From: Octopus bimaculoides
Taxonomy: Eukaryota
Direction: 5' to 3'
Length of the DNA: 64,000 nucleotides
Assembly (NCBI RefSeq): GCF_001194135.2
Contig: NC_068999.1
Location: 53,846,314 to 53,910,313, forward strand
Every line of letters starts with the position of its first letter. The stretch's first letter is position 1. Of the stretch, positions 28,321-41,985 are shown one piece after another. The position numbers and the translations under genes are program-made. The notes under the pieces are model-generated. The model did no database searches. It was not told the DNA's origin and saw nothing but the letters and a program-made list of their open reading frames with translations.

Positions 28321-29511
28321 TAAAACCTGAAGATTCATGATGTTTCAGTGGGAAAGAGACAGTGTTGGCTTCCTGTAGCTTTTTGGTGGTTTATTTACAG
28401 TTTACTTGGAGTTACATGTACAAAGCTTCCCACAGCCATTGTTTTGTATCTCTGAGTAAGACACAAAAACTTTGCTGGCCCTAGTTGTTTTTATTTAGGA
28501 TCACAGCTCAATGGCTGTATGGAGTTTTGAGCTGATGACCATATAGTCCGTAGCCCAGCACTATAACCTCGCAGCCCTTGCCTCAAATCTGAATTGAAAC
28601 TTTGAAAAATTATAAAATATTCAGTCGTCCTCGTCCTCGTCCTTGTCGTCCTCATCATCATAATCATTATCATCATCATCGTATGTCCACTTTTCTTGTC
28701 AGTATCGGTTAAACAGGTTGTTGCTGCACCCCTAGATAGGTTGAAGGACCCATCTCACTCACAGGTTTCATTTCTGACTTATTTTTTATGGCTGGGTGCT
28801 CTTCTTAGCACTAATATTGTTCTTTGTCATTGTCACCACTGCCATCATCATCATCATCATCACCATCATTACCATCACCATCATCATTATTATTATTATT
28901 ATTATTAACACCTGTTCTCTATGCAGGAATTGCTTGAACAGTTTGACAGGAACTGGCCAACTGGAGAGCTGGATTTCTTTAAATTTTTTCTACTTCATTC
29001 TCATCTTGGCTACTGTCCCTTTGGAATTCTCTCAGCCCTGCTCTTTAGGGTACCTAGGTAATAGAAGCTATCAACTACATTTAAAGAGCCCTCTGAATAT
29101 TATCATGCTATGTCATATCCTATAATCTTATTTTATCTTGTAAAACTAGAATTAAAAATTAACTTGTCTTTTGTTTGACTTGAAATATTGTCGGTCAGAT
29201 ATCTAATCAACCGTATCCTGGTATCGTTGTTTAACTTCAGGTCAACCCTGATTCAACAGAACCATGATCAAACACATTTCAACTATAGCTGCCCTGTCAT
29301 TTTCTCTACTTTATTATATTTAAGACTACACTGTCATCCAATATGTTCTTACTTTCCTTTGTTCAAAACAGTAGTGTATGTTATAAGGGATAGTTGGTGC
29401 CAATCTTTCTCAGGTTGAGTAACCAGTTTCTGAAATATGGTCAACATATAGTGTTATATAATAAAATTACCATAAGGTGTAATGTTTGATTATTTTTCTT
29501 GTATATTTCAG

Positions 29512-29580
29512 AATGTTGGCAGTAATACATATGGTTATGTCATCATTGTTTTACGGTTTTTCACAATCACAGGGAAACAT
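29512..29580 (+). CDS. NALCN: NALCN exon, IVS4: NVGSNTYGYVIIVLRFFTITGKH
   Basis: tttcag acceptor, gtaagt donor, 69 nt. Confidence 0.94.
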
Positions 29581-30109
29581 GTAAGTTTTTACAGAAAAAT
29601 TTGTACCTGCATGGAATGTTTCCTTATTTTTACTTTGTGATAAAGGACTTTTATATGACCAGATACACTCTATATNNNNNNNNNNATGTCTGCAAATCTA
29701 ATGGAGGTCTCAAAAGACATTTTAAAATCCACAAAGATCAGAACTTCACTGCAATCTATGTAGGTGTCTTTTCAATACATTGATCTAAGGTGTATGTACA
29801 AGAGATGGTTAGACTCTACATAACATATATATATATAAGTATGTTTGCCTTAAAATATATATAACAATTGCTGTGAGATGGAGGCATGACTTTTTGATGT
29901 ATCAAATCTATTACTAGTCTTGGTTTAAATTCACACTCAGAATCACATTCGTTTTATCATTCATGCTCTTACAAGAAAATTAGAAGTCTAAAGTTTCTTT
30001 TTAACTTTGCAAACAATCTCAAACCATAGTTTTATTGCTGTTGTTGTCAAAAATGTTTAACTGGTTTTACAAAATGTTAAATGTTATATATAGTTTATAG
30101 TTTCCTTAA

Positions 30110-30292
<183 letters not shown>

Positions 30293-30384
30293 TAGGTACA
30301 ACAGAACACATTTTTTTTATTTTACTTTTTGGTTCATTATTGTTATTGTTGTTATTATTATATCCTAAAACCAAAGTGTCACAT

Positions 30385-30590
30385 AAAAAGCATTGGTGTG
30401 GGTGCTGGTGCAGCATAAAAAGCACCCAGTGCACTCTGTAAAGTGGGTGGCTTTCGGAAGGGCATCCAGCTGTAGAAACCAAGTCTATGGAACTTGATGC
30501 AGTCCCTAACCTTGCCAGTTCCTGCCGAGCCATCCAACCCATCCATGCCAGCATGGAAAACATGTGTTAAATGATGATGATGACGATGGT
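30385..30590 (+). repeat. RTE-type 3' tail copy
   Basis: aaaagcacc...ggaagggcatccagctgtagaaacc...ccagcatggaaa...(gat)n. Confidence 0.75.
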
Positions 30591-31141
30591 TATTATTAAG
30601 ACAGTGATCTGACAGAATTGTTAAAGCATTGGACAGAATGCCTGGTGGTAGTTCTTCTGACTTTCACAACTGAAGACAGGGACAGTAAACAGTAGAATCT
30701 GTGCACGAACCATCCACGCATCTGTTGGTTCCCCATGGAGCAGTGTAACACAGAAGCTACAGTCAGGAGTAGAGCAGGTGATATGGACCCCCTGGCTTGT
30801 TGCTTTTGCAAAGCAATATGGCAAAAGTGCTACCCAGACAAATAGTAAAAAATATGTAGATGGAACGAGTGAGCATGGAATTTGGAAGCCTTTATGACCC
30901 TTCAGAACTATGGCCATCCCAGGACTGTCCTATTGTGGGTACAGTTGTTAGCCATAAAACTCAGAATACAGGGCAGAAGGCCCACTTGTTTCATTGTGGT
31001 AGCCATGTGTCCAGGCCAGGCCAGGCCATGCCAATGTGGATACAAATGAACATAAAGATAACAACAGTAACAATGTCTATGCATAACAATGAGTATATAA
31101 AATAACACCTATTATGTGTGGCCGTTAAGATTTTTGTGTAA

Positions 31142-31285
<144 letters not shown>

Positions 31286-32181
31286 TAATTAGAATTCAAG
31301 CATCCAGTATTTGTGTTCACTGCTGCCATCACCATGCAGAATTGTTAAGAGTCTCAGGTAAAATGTTTTGCAGTTTTCACTTATGGCTTTTTGCTATTCT
31401 GAGTCTAAATCCTGCTGAAGTCAACTTTGCTTTCATCTTTTTGGAGCAGTTAAGTAGTGGGATTAATGGTACCAACTAACCCTTTTCCTTCATAGTTACT
31501 GACCTTACATCTAAATTATAAACAATTATGATTGTTTTTCTCTTTGCTTGTTTCATGTGAATATTTGTATCACCTGGTGCACTTTTGTGTTCCTGAGATG
31601 TGTGCAGCATTATGTTCTCATCCTTGTGAGGATTGGAGGAATGTAAGACTTTTTCTGCATTCTATTGTGTGTGGTTTGTGTAATAAGTTACACTATTTTA
31701 TTGGGCCTTTATAGTATATGTTATTTAAGTTGTGTTGTTTTAGATTATTAGATGCTTGTTTTATAGTGTGTGTGATGTGTATGAAAATTGTTCTATTTGA
31801 GCTATTCTGTAGAACTGATAGTATATTGCACAAGATGGGAGCTGTTCCTAGCAGAGCTATTTTGTAGATAATGTGTAGTGAGCCCTGGTATGGCTTTCAT
31901 ATTTTTTTAATTGTGCTCTAGTTTCTAGTGGTACCATTTTCACCCTAATGCTCCACATTTTGAATATTTCAATTTAAGGTGATTAGATAAAATCTACTAA
32001 AATGCGGTCTTGCATATCAACAGCAACATACTTAAAACTGATGCCAGTGATATTGAATGAGATAAACTACCTCTTCTTTTTCAATGCAACACTTTCATAA
32101 ACATTATGAAAGTGTTGCCAAACAGAAATATTTAGAGTTTTCCTGAAACTTTTGTTTTAGATCAAAAGTAATTTTTGTTGA

Positions 32182-32397
<216 letters not shown>

Positions 32398-32679
32398 TGA
32401 AAAAGAATATATTCAGAATTATATGTAGTCTACCTTTTTTGTATTACTTTTATATAGTTAATACACTAGTTTTTGCTCTATCTCCCATTATTACTGCTAA
32501 ATCTCATTTCAAAGTAAGAGATGAACAGGAAACTATGGCAAATCTGTAGCAGCTTTAGACTTTATAATATTTGAGTTCAGGTATGTTAATTCTGTAATAT
32601 TAGTTACAATCTTGTTCTAGACACTCAACAAACCAATATTATTATGACTTTATCCATCTCACTCTCTAGATCACCATCA

Positions 32680-32815
32680 TCATATAACATCCATGTTCCA
32701 TGCTAGCATTGGATCTGTTGGGTCCATCTTGTTCCAGTGTTAGCTTTGGCATGGTTTCTACGGCCAAATGCTCTTCCTAATGTCAAGTACTTTACAGCAT
32801 GTAGTTTGCAATGTC
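32680..32815 (-). repeat. RTE-type 3' tail copy
   Basis: (cat)n...ttccatgctagcat...ttggcatggtttctac...cttcctaatg. Confidence 0.7.
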
Positions 32816-33341
32816 GAATGGCGGGATAACTTTGTGTTAGGAGTAAATAAGGAGCTAGAGCAGAACAACTTTCTTGCTGTAGAGGAGGTGTGTGACTACT
32901 GACATTGTAGAAGAGAAGGTGGGAATGGTTGAGTGAAGCAAGAAAGCAATGGGTCAGAGAGTAGAAGATGACTGACAGTGTTAAGCAGCAGAATAGTAAT
33001 GATGAAACAGTAGAGAAGAGGAGGAGGAGGAAGAGAGAGGGATAATATTAGGTAAGTTGCAGGAGTGAGTGAGGAGGAGGATAGGCAAGCATAATGGATG
33101 AGGAGGGTGAGAGATGTAGTGTGGAGGGAGAATAGTTGTTGGTTCAGTATTCTGGGTTGAGCATATTAAAACGATATATGAGAAAAAGAAACCAGTTTTG
33201 TTTTTAAATATATTTCAGTTTTTATACTCATTTTCGTCTATCTTTAACAGTGCACATTTTCCATCTGTCCATTTTAGCTTTTTTTGAAAATTGCACACTA
33301 TCCATCCATGTTTCCTGGGAAAGATATTTATTTCAGTTTAA

Positions 33342-33482
<141 letters not shown>

Positions 33483-33661
33483 TAATGCTGGTGATTAGAT
33501 CATTCTTTTACCTGCTGGGTTTTGGTCCTTTGAGCCTTTCGATATCCTAACTGTTCTGCCAGCTAGTCACCTTGGTGATGGTGGTGGCGGTGGCAGCAGC
33601 AGCGGCAATAGTAGTAGTACTTCTACTACTAATAATAATAACAACATTCAAATGTTGATAA

Positions 33662-33922
<261 letters not shown>

Positions 33923-34394
33923 TGACTTTTTAATGAATCTTCATTATTCCACAATGTGAATTTTGAGAATTTTTTTTATTCCACCCTTCAACTGGAAATT
34001 TTAGTCAACAGATCAAATATTGTTGGTGGCCTCTGCGATGTAAGTTTGTGCTATGAGATGTAAGTCTGCATTCATGTATATGTATGCATGTATGCACACA
34101 CAAATGTACACACACACACACACAAACACACACTTATTGCAAACCTGCCTACCCAACCGGCCACCTTCAGTTCTCTGCCCCTATACTCTATCCACCTTCT
34201 ACCTTGAGGATATTCCTTTTAATACTTCATTATTACCGTCTTTTCTCTCTTTCATGATGGGGTAACCATGTATCTCCTCTATAGCAAGACACCTGCTTCT
34301 GTCCCTCTTTCCTAATTTAGCACAAAGCTACTTCTCTCAATACTACCCCCAACCACACATTGTCTAGGTGTCTTGCCTTGCAAGTTACTTAGAG

Positions 34395-34605
34395 ACCTCC
34401 CTAGTGCTGGTACCATGAAATAAGCAACCCAGTATACTTTGTAAAGTGGTTAGAACTAGGGAGGGCATCCAGCCATAAAAACCTTGCCAAAGCAGAAATT
34501 GCAGACCAATTTAACCCTCAAGCTAGTCAGATCCTGTTGAACTGGCCAACCCATGCTAGCATAGAATATGAACATTAGATGATAACAACGATGATGATGA
34601 TGATA
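34395..34605 (+). repeat. RTE-type 3' tail copy
   Basis: gggcatccagcc...ccaacccatgctagcat...(gat)n. Confidence 0.7.
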
Positions 34606-34619
34606 ATGAAGTCTTACAT

Positions 34620-34860
34620 CAGTGCTCAACCGGGGTCCACATGAGATGTTACTGTTAAAATTTATGTGCGAGAAATCGGTTAAACTTCTGCAATACACAA
34701 AATATTTTAACAGTTTTTTTTTTTTTAATATAATTCCTGATAGTATTTAACTATAAACGTATAATGGGACTGTTTTTAAGCATTGAATGATTATTAGGAT
34801 CCAGTAAAGTAGAATAGGAATGAAAAGGGTCCATAAGCAAAAAATGCTTGAGAACCCCTG
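34620..34860. mobile_element. hAT/Charlie-like MITE
   Basis: Ends cagtgctcaacc ... gcttgagaacccctg resemble the CAGGGGTTCTCAAC hAT TIR. Confidence 0.55.
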
Positions 34861-35106
34861 CATTAAATGAACAGAGACACTGTAGAGCAAGGATGGCTTT
34901 TTAGCCTTGTAGGGCACAAGGCAATCTCATTAATGCTGGTGGCATGATAAAATACAGCCACAGAAGCCATGCCAAAAAATGTTTTGTGCAAGACAAGGTC
35001 TTTCTGACATGTTTAGGAGTAGAGTAACTTAGAATATGAACTGATCCAGTTTGACATGCTAGGATAATTAATGAGATGCTAATTTTCAAAACTATTAACC
35101 TCTTCT

Positions 35107-35321
35107 TCAACCCTTTAGCATTCAGATTACTCTGCTTTTTTATTCCCATTATTTTGAATTAATCATACATTATCTTGTAGCTTCAAGATTTTGATGATGG
35201 GATTGTTTGTTTTTAGAATGACATTGTAGGGTATGTTTGAGAGGCTGGATTTGGCCAATTTGAACATAAAACATGTAAATTATTTTGACCAGGTGTTGTC
35301 GATTTAAATGCTAAAGGGTTA
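35107..35321 (+). mobile_element. piggyBac-type MITE
   Basis: ccctttagcattcag ... aatgctaaagggtta. Confidence 0.8.
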
Positions 35322-35840
35322 TTATGGTGATAATCATGACACCCCTGTGAAAATGGACTAGCCAAACTCATATAAGCAGCAGCATGTTTGACTGAGAACG
35401 AGAGATGAGAAATTGCAGGAAGTCAAAAGGTGCCGTTTGTGAGTTCGTGGGTCACAGGAAATTATGAGAAGTTGTTAAAGTTCGTTGAAAGTTGTTTTGG
35501 CTACAATTGTTGGCAGAGTATTTGGGAAGACAGCAAGTGGAGACAGTTGGTGCCTTATCCCATTCCATAGTATCACACTGTTATTAGTGCACAACACTAA
35601 GGTGACATACAGAAATTATGTTATAAAAAGGGTTTACGTATAAATTTATGTATACTGCATTTCAAATCTAATCTGGAGTGAATATATATAACAAACACAC
35701 ACACACACATGCAAAGCCCCTTAACCACACTTTCACTATACAGTAGCCATTTTGTGATGTGACTATATCATCATCTGTAGTTGCTGCCTTCATATGCTAT
35801 TTGGTGCAAACCCTGTTGATTAACACCTACTTATCTTTAA

Positions 35841-36056
<216 letters not shown>

Positions 36057-36279
36057 TAATGGATTCTGTTTTTTTATTTTTCACGTGTTTATACCATATG
36101 TTTGTGTTTATTGAAAGTTTGGAATGCATTTGTACTAGGGTTTTAAATATTTACCTGAATTTTTACATGTTTACTCAGGTGTTTTGTATCTGTTTACATA
36201 ATGTTGTCATGTTTGAAATGAATCTGCAAGGTATTTTCTTACATTTCCTCAAAATTTTGAAGTCCTCATCATTGTTTAA

Positions 36280-36420
36280 CATCAGTTTTCCATGCTAGCA
36301 TGGGTTGGATAGTTTGACAATTTCTACAGCCAGATGCCCTTCCTAATGCCAACCACTTTACAGTGTGTGCTGGGTGCTTTTTATGTACAACTGGCACAGA
36401 TGCATTTATGTGGTACCAGC
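36280..36420 (-). repeat. RTE-type 3' tail copy
   Basis: tttccatgctagcatgggttgga...gatgcccttcctaatgccaaccac. Confidence 0.75.
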
Positions 36421-36445
36421 ATGAGTGCAAACACAGACACAAAGT

Positions 36446-36451
36446 CACGAT

Positions 36452-36502
<51 letters not shown>
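36446..36502. repeat. (TA)n microsatellite
   Basis: Direct reading. Confidence 0.95.
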
Positions 36503-36513
<11 letters not shown>

Positions 36514-36734
36514 AAAATTAATATAAACAGCAGTTTGCAAGTTTTCACCAAACAGGAGAATTATAATTGTCACTAAATGTAACTAGGGTGTTAGAAACAC
36601 CTATATTGCTAGAAATAAGAGCTAAAATGCTCTAATGCTGTGGTTGACGCACATGAATGCAAACATATATACTGACAGGGACCTGAATCGTCCGAAAAAT
36701 GTGAATCAAGAATTCTTAAGACTGATGTGAATTT

Positions 36735-36910
36735 CAGGACTGAACCCGGAACCATGTGGCTGGGAATTCATTTGCCATATTCATTTACATTGGTTAACAC
36801 AGGCTCTAGTAGAAGACCTCTATCTGCTCAAGGTGCCATGCAGTGGGACTGAACTCAAACCCAAAACCATTTGTTTGCGAAAGAAATTTCTTATCCACAC
36901 AGCCATGCCT
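36735..36910 (-). mobile_element. Family B SINE heads
   Basis: ggactgaacccggaaccatgtgg and gtgccatgcagtgggactgaactc...ccacacagcc. Confidence 0.65.
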
Positions 36911-37262
36911 ATTCCTACCACGGTGTGTGTGTGTGTGTGTGTGTGTGTGTGCACATGCACGCATGCGTGTGTTTATGTATGTATGTGTGTTTGTAACCAT
37001 ATATGAATGACATCTTGCTATTAAAGCTGATGAGTGTCCACTCTTGTTGGCTTTTAATGGTGGTCGTTCATATTTTGAATTATAGTTGAAAAACATTAAT
37101 CTCTGTCGTCAGGGAAAAAACTTTGGTGCAAAAGACAAAATTTCTCTGTAAAAGTACGATATCTCTGCCTCTTTCTTTTAATCAATTTTTGAATTGTAAT
37201 ACAGTTTTAATTTTAGTGTTTTTATTCACTTCTTTCATAAACTATATTCTTATCCATTCCAG

Positions 37263-37466
37263 AAAGAACATTCGAACATCATCCCCAAATTACGTGCTAT
37301 GAATGACCCCCTCTTCCCTGTAGCCGAGCTGGTATCAAGTGCAGTGGAAAGCAGTGAAGAGAGCAAAGAAGAGAATGTGCCAGCAGTGACGCGGTGTCGA
37401 AAGAAAGGTCAAGTTGAGCTTCGTAATCCAATTTTGACAACCCAGGGATCGATAACTCAGAGTAAG
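37263..37466 (+). CDS. NALCN: NALCN distal C-terminal exon: KEHSNIIPKLRAMNDPLF...QGSITQSK
   Basis: ttccag acceptor, phase 0; the aag|gtaggc donor keeps the next exon in frame. Poorly conserved region, so the 3' boundary is less certain. Confidence 0.8.
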
Positions 37467-37740
37467 GTAGGCAGTTGTATCAGTTTCAGCCTTGATTTCA
37501 ATATACAGAACACTTTATAGAACTTGCATGATATGAGTTCTCTTGTTGTGCAAAAGTGTATTATTACCAAAAATTCCTAAGGGTGTCTTCTGCATGAAAA
37601 CATATAAATAAGTGCAGGCTACCATATTTATCCAAAGTGGGGAGGATAAATCTTAATCACATATATATGTGTATAATATAAGTGTACTGTTTTGTTGTTA
37701 TAACTGCAAAATAAATCATTCTGTTCTTGTTATTGTTCAG

Positions 37741-37843
37741 GGCCCTCCTAGTCGAAAGCTTCTGGTTCCTGCCCTCAGTGATAGTGCTGTCATCCATTCG
37801 GAGAAGGAAAGAGGTGGTTCAAAAAAGAGGAGCATGGCAGCAG
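37741..37843 (+). CDS. NALCN: NALCN distal C-terminal exon: GPPSRKLLVPALSDSAVIHSEKERGGSKKRSMAA
   Basis: gttcag acceptor, cag|gtaact donor; phases fit both neighbours. Confidence 0.8.
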
Positions 37844-37904
37844 GTAACTAAGCAAATTAACAATTCCTTTCATAGGTTAATTAATATCTCACATGTTAAC
37901 GCAG

Positions 37905-38115
37905 GGAGTTAGCAGAATCATTGCTGTGCTGTGGGAAAATGCTTAGTGGCATTTCTTTTGACTTTACATTCTGAGTTCAAATGTTACTGGGGTTGACTTT
38001 GCCTTTCGTCTTGTCAGGGTCGATAAAATAAAGTACCAGTTAAACACTGGGGTTGATGTAATCAACTTACCCTCTCTATATTTGCTGGCCTTGTGCCAAA
38101 ATTTGAAGCCAATAT
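37905..38115 (+). mobile_element. Family A SINE
   Basis: gagttagcagaatc...ctgagttcaaat...ttgcctttcgtc...gtcgataaaataaagtaccag. Confidence 0.75.
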
Positions 38116-38880
38116 TTCACATACCCCTCTGTGCGTTGCTATGTTTCCATTTCAAACCTGTGACACTATATTGTTTTACTGGGGACAGTACACTTGTTGC
38201 CTTATCCAGTAAGGTATGAAGTCCATGGCTTTTAATACAAGCATTAAGTAGCAGTCATGCAGTGCAACGATATGAATATAGGGAACTGTGTCCATGAAAC
38301 TGTCCACCTGGACCACATCTCCTACTTCACGACCATTTACTACACACACAGAAACAAACACATGTATGCATGCAGGATATATGTATGTGTCTAAGACCTG
38401 TTTATCCAACACGTTCTTTCTTTTTAAAGAAAGTAGGGTGTGATTTGAGAGGTATTTGTCTTCTGATTCCAGCAAGTCAAGTAACCACGCAGAGCAAGTG
38501 GTTCTTGGCCTTTTCTATACTCTTGAACCCCTTGAAAATGCTAGATTAATTCGATTACCTCCACCTTTGAAAGTTATATTGTATTTGAAGATGAGGAAGT
38601 CAGTTTTCTAAGAACTATTTTTTTCTTCTTTCAATTGCTGGCATAGCTCTCAGGATTGTTGCTGCATGCAAGCCATCACACCACAACAATATTAATGAAG
38701 GAAATATACTTTCCTCTCTTTGTCATACACCCTAGAATGCCATCCTGCACCCCACTTCATGTTGGGAATCCTCTGACAGAGAGAGGCTCTCTTGTTGGCT
38801 CAATATATTTGTTGTTGTTGTTGTTTGAAACCTCTTTAATGTGTTGATGCAGTCTTACTTTATCTCTTTCTAATTTACAG

Positions 38881-39044
38881 GTGTCAAAAGCCTTCCCAAC
38901 GTAGCAGAGGGTGAAAGTATAACCATCAAAACTGCTCAGGAAAGAGTGCCTGACTACATTTTACGTGGCCGAAGTGTAGACTCCAGTGTTAGTGGTTGGT
39001 GGAAAGAACAGTGTAACGTCTCCAGTGATTCAGACTTAGACTAA
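38881..39044 (+). CDS. NALCN: NALCN last coding exon: (G)VKSLPNVAEG...SVSGWWKEQCNVSSDSDLD*
   Basis: ttacag acceptor; WW..Q plus acidic end as in human KKWWTRQLTVESDESGDD; TAA at 39042-39044. Confidence 0.9.
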
Positions 39045-39899
39045 AAACACATGAATACACACATACACATACACACGCACACATACACACAGAAGATTAA
39101 TTGACAATATCTTTGTGCGGTTGGTTGTTTTTTTTCGTTTCGGTTTTTTTTTTTTTTTATTACCAAAGTATGGCTTGAACCGACGACCAGGAATTCACTC
39201 TGTCACTTGTGTGTTTCTGAATTGCATGAAAGAAAAGACTATTTATATGATTGGCAGGTGTGACAGGCAGCAGCAGATTACTGTTGAGTTTTTCTTTTTT
39301 TTGTTCGTTTTCTTTTTTTTTTTTTTTTTTTTTTTGCTGCTGTCTCTATTAGTAACTGGCTGTCCAGTACGACTTAAAGAACATCTATAGCACAGCCCAA
39401 AGCTGGTTACTAGAGGGACCTGAAAATTTTCAATTCAAAAGGAGTGAATCCTGGTTAAATTTTTTTATTCCCTGATAAAAAAAAGACCAATATTTTTATA
39501 ACTTTTTTAAGGAAACATGTGCAAAAGAAACCAAAAAAAAAATATTAAATAGAAAGCAAGCAAGAGAGAGAGTGTGTGTGTGNNNNNNNNNNNNNNNNNN
39601 NNNNNNNNNNNNNNNNNNNNNNNNNNNNNNNNNNNNNNNNNNNNNNNNNNNNNNNNNNNNNNNNNNNNNNNNNNNNNNNNNNNNNNNNNNNNNNNNNNNN
39701 NNNNNNNNNNNNNNNNNNNNNNNNNNNNNNNNNNNNCATCCCTAACAGAATGCTTCCTTGATTATTTAATGTGTTTGGAGGTTGTTTCATGTTCTCTTTA
39801 CTTTTATGCCCGTCTTCCCACCTTGCTGTGCTTATGTCTCGCTGTGATTAGGACTGTTCATACAATAATCATGCTGTTGTTGTTGTTGTTGTTATTGAA

Positions 39900-40780
39900 T
39901 GAGGGCAGTGGATTGGAGCATCTAAGAAGATATGTTGCAGTATTTGTTCCTGCTTCTTTATGTTCTGAGTTCAAATCCCACCAAGTTCAACCTTATTTTC
40001 CATCCTTTCAGAATCAATAAATAAAGTACCAGTCAAGTACTGGGGTAAGTCTAATTGACTAGCCCCTTCCCCCAAAATATCAGGCTTTGTGCCTCATTAG
40101 CATGCTAGACAAAATGCTTAGCAGCATTTCATCCATCTGAGTTCAAATTCCACAGAGGTTGACTTTGACTTTCATCCTTTTGGGATCGATGAAATAAGTT
40201 GCAATTGAGCACTGGGCTCAATGTAATCGACTAACCCCCTCCCCCAAAAATTTCAGGCCTTGTGCCTATAGAGGGATGGATTATTATTATTATTATTGAT
40301 TTGGCAGAAATGTTAACAAACTAAAATGAAGTCTTTAGCATTCAGATTACTCTGTCAAATATGTTGTTTTGAATTAATCTTAGATTATCTCATAGCTTTG
40401 ATATTTTGATGATGTGATTGATTATTTTTAGAATGACATCATAAGGTAGATATGAGAGACCAGATCTGTCCGGTTTGAACATAAAACAAGTAGAATATTT
40501 TGGCCGGATATGGCCAGTTTTCATGCTAAAGGGTTAATTAAGTCTCTCTATATTCTGAGTTGAATCCTGCCATGGTTGAATTTACCTTTCTGTGTCCCTT
40601 GGGGAGGAGCAAAAAAATGGGTACCTGGTTCAACCTTACTTTTCATCCTTTCAGGGTCAATAAATAAGTACCAGTCAAGTACTGGGGTCAATTTAATCGA
40701 CTAGCCCCTTCCCCCAAAATTTCAGGCTTTGTGCCCTCATTAGCATGCCAGAGAGAATGCTTAGCAGCATTTCACTAAAA
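39900..40780 (+). mobile_element. Cluster of family A SINEs (at least 4) plus a MITE
   Basis: Repeated family A cores, all in + orientation. Confidence 0.75.
40331..40537 (+). mobile_element. piggyBac-type MITE
   Basis: ctttagcattcagattactctg ... atgctaaaggg|ttaa. Confidence 0.75.
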
Positions 40781-41675
40781 ATGACCCTCCTTCCCATCTT
40801 TATCTACAAAATGTGCAGCTTCGTCCCAATGTAAGAAGTCAGCAGCATCATTGTTAATATTATTATTATCACAACAACCATTATTGTTATTGTTGCTGTT
40901 ATCATCATCATCATCCTCCTCCTCCTCATCATCATCAATGCTATGGCCAAGTGGTCATCAGAACCTCAGAATCCATCATCTAAATCTGTGTTACTTCTGT
41001 TCTTCACCTTTAGAGTTCNNNNNNNNNNCATCATTTTACGTCCACTTTCCATGCTGGCATGGGTTGGACGGTTTGACAGAATCCAACGGGTCGGCGCCCA
41101 CTCTCTTGCTCCATTGTCTCAGTTTTAGCATAGTCTCTATGGCTGAAAGCCCTTCCAAATGCCAACTACTTTTCAGATTCAATTGTGCACTTTGTGTGTG
41201 TATGTGTGGCTCTGGCAATAGTGAGGTCACCTGGTACCTTGCAATCTCCCATGNNNNNNNNNNGGATAACTGTGAACGTTTGATGTTTCACTCCATTCCT
41301 ATTCTATAGTAAATCTTACATTATAAACTAGTAAATGTTGCATTATAATAGGAGCAAATAATAGAAATCTTACATCTTTCTAGGTATTTTATTTGTTACA
41401 ATTTTCCATTTCTTGTTGTTAAGCTCCAAGTCAGCTCTGAATCAGCAGATTTATAATCAGAGTTGTTCCTACTGTGACCGTCCCATTATTTTTTTTTTTT
41501 TTTTGTCCAAGAGTAAGATACATTATCTCAAGTATACTGCCATTTTTTTAGATGGTAGGGTGTGATTTGATAGAGATTATATCAGCTCCCCTCGTTAGGT
41601 CATTCTTCCATTAGTAAAGAATCAGGGTATCAGTTGAATTCAAACTTTTTCTTTCTATGGCTATACATAACACAT

Positions 41676-41985
41676 CATCATCATCATCATCATCATTTTA
41701 CGTCCACTTTCCATGCTGGCATGGGTTGGACGGTTTGACAGAATCCAACGGGTCGGCGCCCACTCTCTTGCTCCATTGTCTCAGTTTTAGCATAGTCTCT
41801 ATGGCTGAAAGCCCTTCCAAATGCCAACTACTNNNNNNNNNNCCATTGTCTCAGTTTTAGCATAGTCTCTATGGCTGAAAGCCCTTCCAAATGCCAACTA
41901 CTTTTCAGATTCAATTGTGCACTTTGTGTGTGTATGTGTGGCTCTGGCAATAGTGAGGTCACCTGGTACCTTGCAATCTCCCATG
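41676..41985 (-). repeat. RTE-type 3' tail copy (duplicated by the assembly at 41029-41253)
   Basis: (cat)n tttacgtccactttccatgctggcatgggttggacg; identical copy between 10-N gaps. Confidence 0.75.

Noticed and set aside
28528-28600. CTGATGA followed by a distant GAAAC (hammerhead-like); also ctgatga at 37027
   Set aside because: No clean stem II or stem I/III pairing around the cores.
41029-41253. Exact duplicate of 41691-41985 sequence, and a repeat of 41773-41832 at 41843-41902
   Set aside because: Identical copies bounded by 10-N gaps; typical unmerged contig overlaps rather than biological duplication.
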